NCBI GenBank assembly: GCA_000934665.2
Contig: JYFJ02004143.1
Span: 1 to 34,443, forward strand
Direction: 5' to 3'
Length of the DNA stretch: 34,443 bases
Source: Catajapyx aquilonaris
Lineage: Eukaryota
Translations under genes and position numbers: made by a program
Notes under the pieces: model-generated
The model's database searches: none
What the model saw: only the letters and a program-made list of their open reading frames with translations
Told to the model about the DNA's origin: nothing
Shown: piece by piece, positions 22,253 to 33,900 of the stretch
Position numbering within the stretch: the first letter of the stretch is position 1
How the letters are laid out: each line of letters opens with the position of its first letter

Positions 22253-23919
22253 TCACCAGGAAGCCCAAGGTGGAGTCATCGGCTGTGGATTCTGCAGGTA
22301 AGACATCACCACTGCCGATATGGATAGCCTATAAAAATAAAGTGGTGGTTATTATTACCTTTTCTTGATCCTCACAGATAGGGGTATTGACATTTTAAAA
22401 TCATCGTGCAATGTACATTTGAGATTGAAAAATTGGCAATTGCATGCAGGTAGCACCAGAATTGCATGGATGCAATATGCCATAAAAAGTGATTCAATAC
22501 TCCAATAGGGTACTAATAAACCTCAGTCACTGAGGAAGTGCAATGATCAATGGCATTAGTTCAAAATACCACAATTCAATGCGATTTGGTGGAATGGGAA
22601 AGTTTACAAATTTTTCTCATCACATGAAACAATCATGGTGAGAAAGCATTTCATTATATTTTCTATATAGACTTATCTTGCTCATGGCTGGGCCACAGGT
22701 CAATGTTTTGGTACGTCCATGTGCCACATGATGAAATTACAAACTCTCTTTCCGCTGAATCGCACGTAAATGGGGATCTTTTAAAACTTTGTGTGGTGTG
22801 TCTTTTTACTCACAAGTTAGTGACATCAATATTTATTTGTACCCAGTGCTTGAATAATGCTTTCATGACGTAGTGCATGAATACTTATAAGCAACCCTAT
22901 TCATGTCATTTGGGTACTTAAAATAATGGGTGTCAAAAAAAAATGTGGCCTTCATCAAGACATAAATGACCTGATTTGTTGGGGACATTTTCAATAATGC
23001 AACATTAATTTACATAACTTGATTCCTAAATATACTCACATGAAGCTGCTAAGGATCTGTTTTGTGTCATCATTCACCCTACAGTTCGCAAAACTTATGC
23101 AGGAGCAGTACAGCGCAACCCAGGCACACCATTTTAACTGAAAATACATTTGTTAAGTCGTCACTCATTGATGGAAACAGTGGTGGGCGCCGCTAACTTC
23201 CGATAACAGCTAACTTGCCCAGTACAACCATGGACATCGCTAATGCTAAACAGCTAGAAGGTTAGTGGAAATACCCCTAATAAGTCTAGCTGTTTATCAT
23301 TAGCGATTTAGAGCCGCCCACAGTTTGCTAACCGAATCACCAGTTAGTGGAACTAAAAATTTCGGTTAGAGCCCACCACAGGATGAAAAGTAGTGTAAGT
23401 TATAAGAAACTGTTGCGCCATAAATATTTGAGGCAAGGGTTTGAGATGGCCTTTTTTTGTTGTTTCTATAGTTAGGCCAGATTTTTTTTTTACAGTTTTA
23501 CTATGGTAGGCCTACACATCTGTGGTCAATCTGACTCCACAATGAGCAGAAACGTAGCTTTCTGTGGGGATAGAAAACCCACCCATTTTGTCTATACCAA
23601 TTAATACCTCGCACCAGGTCCCTTGGCCTAGTGGTTCGGCATTCAGTTGATTGGTAAGGAGATCCCGATTTGAATTTCATTCCACCCATTCGCTACACCT
23701 TGTGCCCAGCATGTAATGACTCCCACAGTTATTGCTACACACAACCACCAAGTAATTTACCCTCATCATCAGTCCGCACATGCTGAAGATCATCCCAAGC
23801 ACGTTCATGTAATCAGGGGTCAGGTCCTCTCCTGGCCCATTCTGAGAGTTGGCCGCAGGGGCCTTGTACCGCTGGATCTTGTCCGGCCTCTTCGGATCAG
23901 TAGAGTTGTTCACAGACAT
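22253..23919 (-). CDS. WDR83OS: Protein Asterix (PAT complex subunit), 3 exons, 110 aa
   Basis: Exons 23919-23761, 23137-23040, 22328-22253 (333 nt). Spliced product includes [71 protein letters not shown]. Confidence 0.95.
23178..23381. mobile_element. 204-bp hAT-type MITE in Asterix intron 1
   Basis: 11-bp TIRs CAGTGGTGGGC / GCCCACCACAG (1 mismatch). 8-bp target-site duplication GATGGAAA (23170-23177) / GATGAAAA (23382-23389). Internal repeated GCTAAC/GTTAG motifs. Confidence 0.8.
23617..23680 (+). repeat. Possible decayed tRNA-derived SINE head
   Basis: A-box-like TGGCCTAGTGG (23624-23634) and a degenerate B-box-like GATTTGAATTTC about 33 nt later. No intact cloverleaf. Confidence 0.3.
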
Positions 23920-24093
23920 TTTCCTCTCGTCTCAACAAAAAAATAAATGTGCGCTGTTGAACCAAAGGTGAAACATGGTGTGAGTGCACAATTACCCAGA
24001 CAATAATACCCGTTAAATGATTCCAAACCGTTCCAAACGAAGTGAAGCAACAACACCTGCGAAAATGCTTGTGATGGCTGGCGGCCACGTTTG

Positions 24094-24135
24094 TGACGTC
24101 ACCCGCGCAATGTTGCCAAATATTGCTGGTTGCCA
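24094..24135 (-). promoter_or_regulatory. Putative Asterix promoter elements
   Basis: Perfect CRE TGACGTCA (24094-24101) and two TGGCAAC motifs on the minus strand (24112-24118, 24129-24135), about 180-215 bp upstream of the ATG. Confidence 0.4.
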
Positions 24136-24592
24136 GCTGCTTGTAGATATTGAATATTAAGTACAAAATAATTAGGCCTACATGGAACAATCATAAGTGC
24201 GTTTTGTGGCAGCACAGTGCCATAATGTTTAATTGTTAACTGCTGCTTATGTTGATGTGTGAATATGTATAATTATTTTAAAACGATATCATATGATCAT
24301 GTCTAAACCACAGCCTAAACAACCTATTACTCAAGCTTTCAATTAAAAAATCGATTTAAGGAATTGTAGTAAATGTATAACATTTCAAATGAGGCAACAT
24401 TATTATCTCTCAACTAGATTTGCTGCAAAGTATGAATCAATATGTTGTTACAAAACCAGGTCTTTATTGCAATTTGTACACAACCAGGACGTTACTACCC
24501 TGACTAGTAAAACAACTGGTGTAAATGGGTGTGACAGATCTAGGGCATCTTCCATTTCCTTTTATAGTAACAGCCAAATTTACACTTCATGC

Positions 24593-27500
24593 TCATTTTG
24601 ATTTCGGTTCGAGCATGTCTTCAGGCCGCACCCACTTCTTGAATTGCTCTTCGGTGAGATGGCCCAGATCCAAGGCGGACTTCAGAAGGGTGGTTCCCTC
24701 CTTGTGAGCCTTCTTGGCAATCGCTGCGGCCTTGTCATAGCCAATGTGAGGATTAAGGGCAGTGACCAGCATGAGGGACTCGTTCATTAGCTTGTTGATT
24801 CTCGTCTCGTCAGCCTCGATTCCAGACACACACTTGTCTGTGAAGGCCCCACAGCTGTCACCCAGGAGGCGGATGGAGCGGAGGACGTTAGCCACTATCA
24901 TGGGCTTGAAGACATTCAGCTCAAAGTGTCCGTTGGATCCACCCACTGTCACAGCAACATTGTTGCCCATAACCTGGAATAAGTTTATAATAAATTGTTT
25001 TAATCCAAAACTGAGCTGTTTGGATTTTCACCACGCATTCAGTGACATCCCTAATTTGGGAGAAATTATTCAATGCACAGTAAATGCCAAACCTGGGCTG
25101 CGACCATGGTGATAGCCTCACACTGAGTTGGGTTGACCTTTCCAGGCATGATGCTGCTTCCTGGTTCATTCTCAGGAAGCTGCAGCTCTCCTAGTCCACA
25201 CCTGGGCCCAGATCCTAGGAACCGAATGTCGTTGGCCACCTTCATGATGCTGCAGGCGACGGTGTTAAGTGCCCCGCTCACCTCAACCAACGCATCATGG
25301 GCAGCTAATGCTTCAAACTTGTTTGGCGCAGTCACAAACGGTAGTCCAGTCAGCTCAGCAACCTTCTTAGCCACCTTCTCGTCAAAGCCCTTGAATGTGT
25401 TGAGACCAGTGCCAACAGCCGTTCCACCCGCAGCCAGCATGTAAGCCCTAGGAAGTGTGTCTTTAACACGAGCAATTGCAAACTCCAATTGCTGTGCATA
25501 TCCGCTGAACTCTTGCCCCAACGTCAGTGGGGTTGCATCCATTGTGTGCGTACGTCCAATCTTTATTATTCCAGCGAACTTCTTGGCTTTTGCGTCTATG
25601 GCAGCACGCAGCTTTTCAAGCTGTGGCAACAAGGTTTGGTTCAGCTCCATAGCAACAGCAATGTGCATGGCTGTCGGGAAGGTATCATTGGAGCTCTGCC
25701 CCTTGTTGACATGGTCGTTGGGATGGACTGGTTCCTTGCTACCAAGCTTACCACCCATAATCTCAATGGCACGGTTGCTGATCACCTCATTTGTGTTCAT
25801 ATTGCTCTGGGTGCCTGATCCAGTCTGCCAAATGACCAGGGGAAAGTGTCCCTCGTCATACAGCTTCCCTGATATGACCTCATCAGCTGCTTTTGAGATG
25901 GCCTCGGCAACCTGGAAAGAAGGAAGAATATGTGATGACAATTTAGTAAAAACCTGGTTGTTACTGGAAGGAAAAATGTTATAGGACAAACAGCATGAGA
26001 GAAGTCTGTGCCACTATTAATTCGGAAAAGTTACAACTTACAACACATAACTGATTTTAAATACTGCATTAGTAATTACAAAATAATATAAATTATTGCA
26101 TTGTGAGCAGATAAGTCACTTATGTAATTATATAATTGACTTATTTGCTCACAATGCAATAATTACATTATACTATCAGGAAACAATCAATGATGCTGAT
26201 AATATCAATGTGATTAGCTTTAATTCAAGAGACCCCTTCACGGAAGTTACCACACAACCTACAGTATTGCTTCATGGTGCTGATATTTGGGACATTATTC
26301 AAGGTCTGTGGGCAAGGCATGTTCATGTTTCAGGCAGCAAGTGTGAAGTCGCATGCAACGGATGCTTCACAAGGACTCCTGAGTAATTAATGCTCCACTG
26401 AAAATGTGGCGAAATACTCTTAAAAATAGTTTCAATTACAAATTTCATACTTTTTCCCTTTCCTTGTGGTGAAATGAAAAACAAATCTTTTCCTGCTTCA
26501 AAAAAACCAATGCACATGCCACTTTCTGTAAGTCTTTTTGACGGGAAAGTAGTCAAACTGTCCCCATACCATGCCGCTTTTGCTGTAAGATTAACCCATG
26601 GTGTAAATCTGAGAGAATAATCACCGTAAATCTTGAAAGCATGAATAAATTTTTAAATGAAATTAGCACCTTATTTTCAAAACTCCCAAGTTTAATCACT
26701 TGAACCATGATATCTTGCTTAAGTAGGCACGATACCATTTCAGAACGCCAAACGCGCCCTTAGTTAGATAATCTAAAGTAGTTTCCATGACCTACAGATA
26801 TGCAATCCTGCCCTTCAAAATCCACATAACCTTTATTACTACTGTCTAATCTGGGATCATCCTAATAGGCATTTCAAACAGAAGATTCAACTATTAACAA
26901 CTTATTAACTGTATTTCTGGTTTATTAACTGTATTTCACATCCCCAAATCCTTGAGATGCCACATTACGTCACCTATTGGTCCTATGCTATTTTCGGACG
27001 TAAGTGGTTTGGCTGAAGTGGTGTGATACCACAACCACCATGCATGAATTTCTCTCCCTCCGTCTTTTATTTTATTTTTATTTTTTTCAACAATTTATTT
27101 AGTGGACCCGGGGGGGGGGGGGGGGGGGGNCGCAAGTGCAATGTTGTTGCTTGGTCATTTTGTAAACTCCCCCGGGTGGATTCGTCTAGCAGAGATTCCA
27201 CCCGAGACGAAGCCAGAGATGACCCCTAACTCTGCACGAGATGAAGGAGGGCATTGGCCAATCTTAATTATCAGCATTAATAGAAAATTGGTTCTTGTGC
27301 ATGAAGCAAATGCACTTTTTTTCATGCCAATCAGCAGCAATAATGGCAGATTTTACATTAATATGCGCTCATACCCAATGCTTCACATGTTCACTAAAAT
27401 TCCAATTATACATGTGTGCACACGTTTGGCTGCCCATTGCAATACCCTACAGGAAGGAATCTCACACTGTAAAACCTGGTAAAACCAGTAGCATACACCC

Positions 27501-28117
27501 ATAAATTTAATTGTCATCTGCCATTCTAGACTGACATGCCACAGCAACTTGCCATCACAATTTTCACAAATTTCATAATTGTGACTTTCAAACCTGGATT
27601 ATTGCAATTTAAAAATGGGTAGGTAAATGCTGAGATTCAGTTTTTCATCTGATATCATCAGGAGTAACCCTACGGGCTCATTTAGAACATGTGACATATG
27701 AATTTTAAAACAAGAACCATGAGGCGGTTAAGTGTACAACCAACTCTTTTATAACATTATTGCGCTACATGGAACCCACGTTATTACTTTAGGATCTAGG
27801 CCAAATTCCTGGTTGACAAGAGCGGCAGCCTTCTTGAGGATCCCAAAAGCGATGACCACCGGCCTGGGCATCCTCTCCGGCACCCCTCCGATGGGGAAGT
27901 TCATGACGGACCTGAGGGTCTGCGCCCCGTAGTACTTGTCCGCAGGCACATTCAGCTCCCCGAAGGTGTCCTTCTCCACCCTGAACTTGTCCATGCTGGC
28001 TGCGGTCCTGGAGAGCTCCCTGTGCGTAGTGCCTGGTGTTGCTACGACAGCACCCAGTCGGAGTCTGAGGCTGGTGTGCCTCAGCCCCAGCTGGGTCACC
28101 GCTCTTGTCAAGGACAT
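24593..28117 (-). CDS. FH: Fumarate hydratase class II, mitochondrial precursor, 3 exons, 509 aa
   Basis: Exons 28117-27788, 25911-25093, 24973-24593 (1530 nt). Motifs [50 protein letters not shown] and signature [15 protein letters not shown]. Arg/Ser/Thr-rich N-terminal presequence. Confidence 0.97.
27110..27130. other. Poly-G run ending in an ambiguous base, likely assembly or sequencing uncertainty
   Basis: A run of 20 G followed by n at 27130, inside FH intron 1. Confidence 0.7.
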
Positions 28118-28678
28118 GCTTAGAATATTCCGGGGAGGGCCCTTAAGCCGCTTTTATCTTCCACACGCCAGATTATTGCCTTATCACGTAAGGGAAGCCT
28201 TTGGAATCCCTTCCAAGTTTAGCCAAGGGCAATGGGAGGAGAGGTCTGGCAACGTCGCACCTCACCTACAACTGGCAACCCTGATCCAACTGTTGGCCAC
28301 TTTGTTTAATAATTATAATCAAAATTCTAGCGTACCTCATGTAAGCGTAAATTACGTGCTTGGGCGTGGTTGTTCGATTTGATTGCATGTGTGCCGGCCT
28401 CCAGTGCTCAGAAGCGTTGGCACCCCTGCAGACATCGTCAGCATTGAAGTCGCCAGCTGATGATAATTTCTCCTTCGTTATCATCCGTCGCATGCCTTCT
28501 TATTCTGCCGGATAATCACCCCTGGTACGCTGTAAGTACTCTGCATTCCGCTTCATCTTGTAATTGATGGAGGATGTGAAAGTGCTGCAGTATCACAGCT
28601 TCCATATGGGATGATCCTCACTCTCTTGATCAGGAAGGCTTCTTGGGGTGTTCCAGGTGGAATTATTGAGAGAGCAAC
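28118..28678. promoter_or_regulatory. Divergent promoter region shared by FH and BET1
   Basis: Head-to-head ATGs at 28117 and 28679. TGGCAAC motifs at 28247 and 28273. Confidence 0.55.
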
Positions 28679-30062
28679 ATGAGACGAACTTATGGAGGGC
28701 AGTACAATTACAACCAGAATGGGCATCGGAATTACGTTGAGGCTGAGAATGAGGAGATGGAGGACGAACTCAGGCACAAGGTTCATGCTTTGAAGTCGGT
28801 AAGTAACGGCAAGAGCTAATGGTAACGGAGATATCATAAAATTCAGTGAATGGGGACATTCCCTTTGGTTTCATAATGCAGTTACTGAATGAAATTTTTA
28901 AAATTATCATATCGTACATACTGGGTGATTGCATATGTCTTGTATACAGTATGTACGAGGGGTGTCCAGAAAGTAGGGTAAAGCATCTTTTATCTTGGAA
29001 AGTTTTAAAGACAGAAGCACACAACTTGCACATATTGAAGTGCATAATACCTGAGTCAGTTCATGCACTTGTCCGACCGTGAAACCAAGTCTTCTATACC
29101 CCCCACCTAGAATTGAGGGTCAAGCGAAAGTAACCAGGCATTAACCTGTAACGTCACTTCCTCATTAGTGGCAAACATCTTCCCATCAGATGATGTTTCA
29201 GGGGCCCAAAATGGAAGAAGTGAGCGGGGTCCAAGATTTCTCACCAGTAGCAAAGCACCCATTCTTTGGGTGCACAATGTCATGCTAGAAACCAAGATGG
29301 ATTCTACTGTTTGGAAGAATCCTTCTTCTCTCCAGCCAAAAAAATGTCAAGACCAGTTCTTCTGGGATGAAAGTTATAGTGACAGTCTGGGCTTGGCGCC
29401 CCCTGAAACGTCATTGTCAGGAAGAGGAACTGCCAATGACGAGATGAAGTTGTTAGAAGATAAGGCTGGTTACTTTCGCTTCACCTGAAATTCTAGGCAG
29501 GGGGTATAGAAGACTTGGTGTAATGGTTGCACAAGTGCTTGAACAAACTCAGGGATTATATTATCAAGAGACATTCACCATATCTTCAATATGTGTAAGT
29601 TGTGTGCTTCTGTCATTAAAACTTGCCAATATAAAAAATGTTTTACCTCATTTTCCAGACACCTCTCGTAAGTTGATTCATCCTGTTTTACAGTACTATA
29701 AGAAAGAGTCACTTAAATGGAATAGTGCTTTACAAGGTTTTTGACTAATAAAATTACTCTGCACAAGAATTTGTAGTTGTCCTCTTTTTCCAGCTGTCCA
29801 TTGACATTGGGGCAGAAGTCAGATCACAGAATGAAATGATTAGTAATATGGTAAGTTCTCTCATAGTGTGTTCAAGTACAGCTTCAATCCAAATGCTCTT
29901 TCATTTTAGGAAAATGATTTCGAAGGTACTGGCGGGATCCTTCAGAGAACTATGAATAGAGTCATCAAGCTTTCCAAAGGTGGACACAATTACTATATTC
30001 TCTACCTCTTTTTGTTTGCTGTCTTTGTGTTTGTTGTGCTCTGGTTTGTGATCAGATTTTGA
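28679..30062 (+). CDS. BET1: BET1 Golgi Qc-SNARE, 3 exons, 109 aa
   Basis: Exons 28679-28798, 29794-29850, 29910-30062 (330 nt). Product MRRTYGG..EAENEEMEDELRHKVHALKS-LSIDIGAEVRSQNEMISNM-ENDFEGTGGILQRTM..C-terminal TM anchor YILYLFLFAVFVFVVLWFVIRF. AATAAA at 30193. Not present in the ORF track. Confidence 0.92.
28956..29668. mobile_element. 713-bp non-autonomous mariner derivative in BET1 intron 1
   Basis: TA|CGAGGGGTGTCCAGAAAGTAGGGTAAAGCATCTTTTAT versus reverse complement TA|CGAGAGGTGTCTGGAAAATGAGGTAAAACATTTTTTAT. Decayed transposase pieces: WVHNVMLETKMDSTVWKNPSSLQPKK (+) and FGPLKHHL..FATNEEV..VNAWL..GGIEDLV (-). Confidence 0.88.
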
Positions 30063-30880
30063 TACCGATCCTTCCATTACCATGCCCAAGTTGTCAATTT
30101 CATCTCCCATTGTATCCCAATCTCCTTCAACCCAGAAATATATGTACACATGTAATCATTGAAAAGCTTTTCTTAAATATTTAATTTTTGTTAATAAAAG
30201 GAATTTTGGTGGACTCGCTGTTTATTATCTTTGATTAGGTTACACTCTCCTGGATCTTGGGAACCAAAAGACGATGCAAAAAAAAATCACAGCTACGTCT
30301 TGTATTTCTAGGTCTGGTTATCAGTTTTGTGTATCTCAGAAGGATGGACTTGTACCCTGATCAGCAAAACACAAATCAAGCAAATGCCAATCAAGCCACT
30401 TCTTTGGGAGGACAGAATTGCTATGAAAGGAAAAAAAGGGTCATAGTTCAAGTCACTCGATAAGTTACCAACTTTACAAGTTTGTATTAGGTCATATTTT
30501 ACTTGAACGTTGTTACTGATCACATATGTAACTATAAAGTTAATTCCAAGACTTACATATTTATTTGGGGAAAAAGCTTAACCATTTTTCTATTGCCAGT
30601 TACAACCAGGTGGACATCAAGATGTGAATATATTACCAAAACGTGAGCACTTCAGTGCATTTCTGCACTAACTTGTTAGTTGATCAGTGACCTACCATCA
30701 GGTGATTGGCGTATTGCTTTTTTCTGTTGACGTTTGTATTGGAATGACATCACAACATTAATCTTGTTATCTTGCGTAGATTCCTAAACCTTAAAGGAAA
30801 GATTGTGATATGTTATCGAAGGTTCATGGGGCCCTTTTTACATTCTGGTGTTGAGGAGAGCAGGTGACACTTTCATTACG

Positions 30881-32128
30881 ATGTACTCCTCATCTGAAGA
30901 TTTGATTTCGGAGACTAAATTTTTTTCAAAGCAAAAGCTGCTGAAACAGGGTGACGCACCAGTGACTCCTTTTTTCGCATTGGTCGTATTCATTGAATTT
31001 TGTGTCATTGTTCTGGTTGCTGTGCTGGCCTACTATCTCAGGTAAGAATACAGTCATGGAAATGATCAACAGGCAATATTAATAACTCACATTTTCAGAT
31101 TCACAGATGCATTCCAAGTCTATCATGGGAATATCAAAAATTGCTCCAACACTCAACATGAGCCATTTCGGGAACCACCGTACCTGTACAAACTAAGAAA
31201 CCAGGTTTTCTACAGTGTCCTGATTGTGGTTCCAGTTGGCTTGGTGAGTTAAGTGGAGAGTTCTTATGAGTCAGTCGTAACACACTTGCCCGTTTCAGAT
31301 TTTGAGTGGCGAAGTACTCAGAATTATTGTGGCAGACAAAGTGGAGAAGACACTACTTCTTGGAAGTCTGCGCTTTCCAGTTTGGCTCCGACGCCTGGTG
31401 CGATTTATAGGTAAGACTTCTTAGTTTTAATAATCACAAGTCGTGCACTTATGATTGTCATTTTGGTGCAGTACATACCAATGCAACTATGAGCCACACA
31501 ATTATTGCCTAGTTCAGAAAAAAGTCCAACCCTATTGCAATTCTAACTTAAATGTAGGATGTATCTTTCATTGGAAATTACTTTTTCATCAGGCATTTTC
31601 ATCCTGGGTCTTCTGTTGACATCTCTGCTGACTGATACTCTGAAGTGCTTGACTGGCCGACCCCGCCCAAACTTTTGCCAGGATGACTTGAATGCTGACC
31701 CGAAAAGGAGGGACATAACTTCTTTTCCATCCTTCCACTCTTCCATGTCGACCTTCTCTGCTACCTTTGCCTGCCTTTACGTGCATTTCCGATTCTCTGT
31801 GAGTGGCGTGTACACTCTGAGGCCAATCCTAATGGCTGCACTTACCTGTGCTGCTTTCCTTGTCTGCTGGCAACGGCTGCATAGCGGACTCCATCGGTGG
31901 GATGATGTTCTGGCTGGTTCGATACTGGGACTGTCTATTGGACTGTACCAAGGAATCTGTATGTCTGGAAAGTTTCAGGAGTCAACTCCAGGGCAGGAAG
32001 TTATCCAGCAGCAGCTGCCGATTGCCATACCAAGAATCAAGTGTCGCAACCCATTGGCACAGGCTGTTAATGATAATGTATCTCTTGTGGACTCTCAGTT
32101 CAGCCTACCATACTATTCAGCCTACTAA
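30881..32128 (+). CDS. PAP2-family phospholipid phosphatase(-related) membrane protein, 4 exons, 317 aa
   Basis: Exons 30881-31041, 31099-31243, 31299-31410, 31593-32128 (954 nt). Six hydrophobic segments. Motifs RRLVRFIG, C1 KCLTGRPRP, C2 SFPSFH and C3 QRLHSGLHRWDDV. Confidence 0.85.
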
Positions 32129-33369
32129 CATATTCTTTTGTACTAGTTCTGAGTAAAGCTAAAGTGGCATAAACGTGCCTATGTCTTGCTTACCTACAGT
32201 ACAGATAATTACTGGATGTATACTCACATTGTGACAATGTCAGAGTAATGTAAATTTTCTAACAACTATGACTGAAGTCTTGATGGTTGGATAGTACTCT
32301 GCGTTGTTTTTAAGAACTTAAAAAGAGGTAATATTCTTGTGTGCTTCTAGAGATATTGTTGCATCAAGCTATCACAGAAAGTAGTTATCTTGAGAGTGAA
32401 CAAAGTGCAAACACACTCCATGATTAATAAGAGCTATCAAAATGAGACTTACTTGTCTCAAGAAATACACCCCAGTTATCACAACTGTCAAAATGCACCA
32501 TCATGCGTGTAGAGATGTGTGCTGTTGTTGTGATAGGTTATTGGAGTGGCCATGGCAACGAAGACATTATAACTTTGTAAGAGAATGCTAAGGGACAGAA
32601 ATATTCAACAAAGGCCAGAGCAACCCAGCAAAGTCACTGAAAGTGGGCAGTGCAGTGGGTGGAGTTCTCCAAAAGTTTTAAATGAATGTAGGATTTTCCC
32701 TGTTGTTAAACATCTCACATGCTATCACCAGTGCAATCTTTTTGTGTGAAAACACTGAACTAGGCAACAAGATTTATCTCAGTGATGTAATTGTTATCAG
32801 GTTGTGGTGGTATGACTGCCCCACAGAGAAGGGTTTGGTAGGTGTAATAACACTGGACAGCAAAATTACCTTCATGAATAAACATCCATTGTTTGGATTT
32901 CCAAAAACTTCGGTAACATTTGTCTGCAAGCAGCGAGCATAAATCACTGCACTGCTTCAGTTTCTCCTTTTTCCAGTCAGTGGATCGTTTGTTACATTTC
33001 ATAGCTTTTAGTTTTCATTGGTACAGGCAATGTTTGAAGATCACTTTACTGGAGAAAAGTTGTGTAGCCAGAAATAATCAGGTGTCAGTAGCTGACTGTA
33101 TATCAATGGACTGCTTCAATAACTATTTTGCCTGCACTTTATGTTTATGTATGTTCAGTAAATAATATTGATCCTAGGTACTAGTAACAGGGAGCATTTT
33201 TTTATTGCTTCAATCTGGCATTAATGTCACATGGGCTAAAAAAATATGACATCAGGCAGATGCCCATATATTTAAATCCTTAACAACTTTGTACATGGCT
33301 TATATACAGTAAGGCAAAACATTTCTTACGTATTTACAACCAACTTTAATGAGAAAAAAACTTAAACAC

Positions 33370-33900
33370 TTATACCCGGATTTGATCAGGTGAAACTTCA
33401 ATCTCTTGCACATGGAAAAGGGCCTGCTGTTTCAGGTGCCTTTCCAATATGGCCGCCAGACGGGGCTCCACATTACCTAGAAGTGGTCGCTTGGAAGAAT
33501 CTGCATTCCAACACTCCTGCATCAACGACCAACTCTCTGAGTCAAATTTAGTCAGACGCTCTGGTCGGATGCCTATGAAATAAAAATCCATTCACGTAAC
33601 ACTGCCATGCCTTTTCTTATTCAGAATTTTCAGGACATATCACAACATACCTTTTCGAACGTTGGTCCAGAGCTGCTCCTTGTTCTGGCACTGCTCAAAC
33701 ACGTATGGCAAGTGAATGCCGCCTGAGCAAATGTACCAAAAGAGAATCCCAAAGGCATAGACATCCACACTGCTGTCGTACTGACCAGTGAACAGTTCGG
33801 GGGCCATGTGGACTGGTGTGCCAACTATGCTCCCAGATATCATGGCCTCAGGTTTGCAAAAGCCCAGGTCTGTGATCTTCGCATGGTTGTTCTTGTCAAG
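33370..33900 (-). CDS. DSTYK: Dual serine/threonine and tyrosine protein kinase, last two exons (gene continues beyond the window)
   Basis: Exons 33900-33651 and 33572-33370. Product [85 protein letters not shown] has the family-typical DLG and HMAPE motifs. Confidence 0.93.

Noticed and set aside
25133..25984. Long plus-strand ORFs antisense to fumarase (and similar ones over PORCN, AATF and the aGPCR)
   Set aside because: They are shadow frames of real coding exons.
27173..27204. Small hairpin cgggtggatt...attccacccg
   Set aside because: The stem is only 10 bp, lies next to an ambiguous poly-G tract and has no supporting context.
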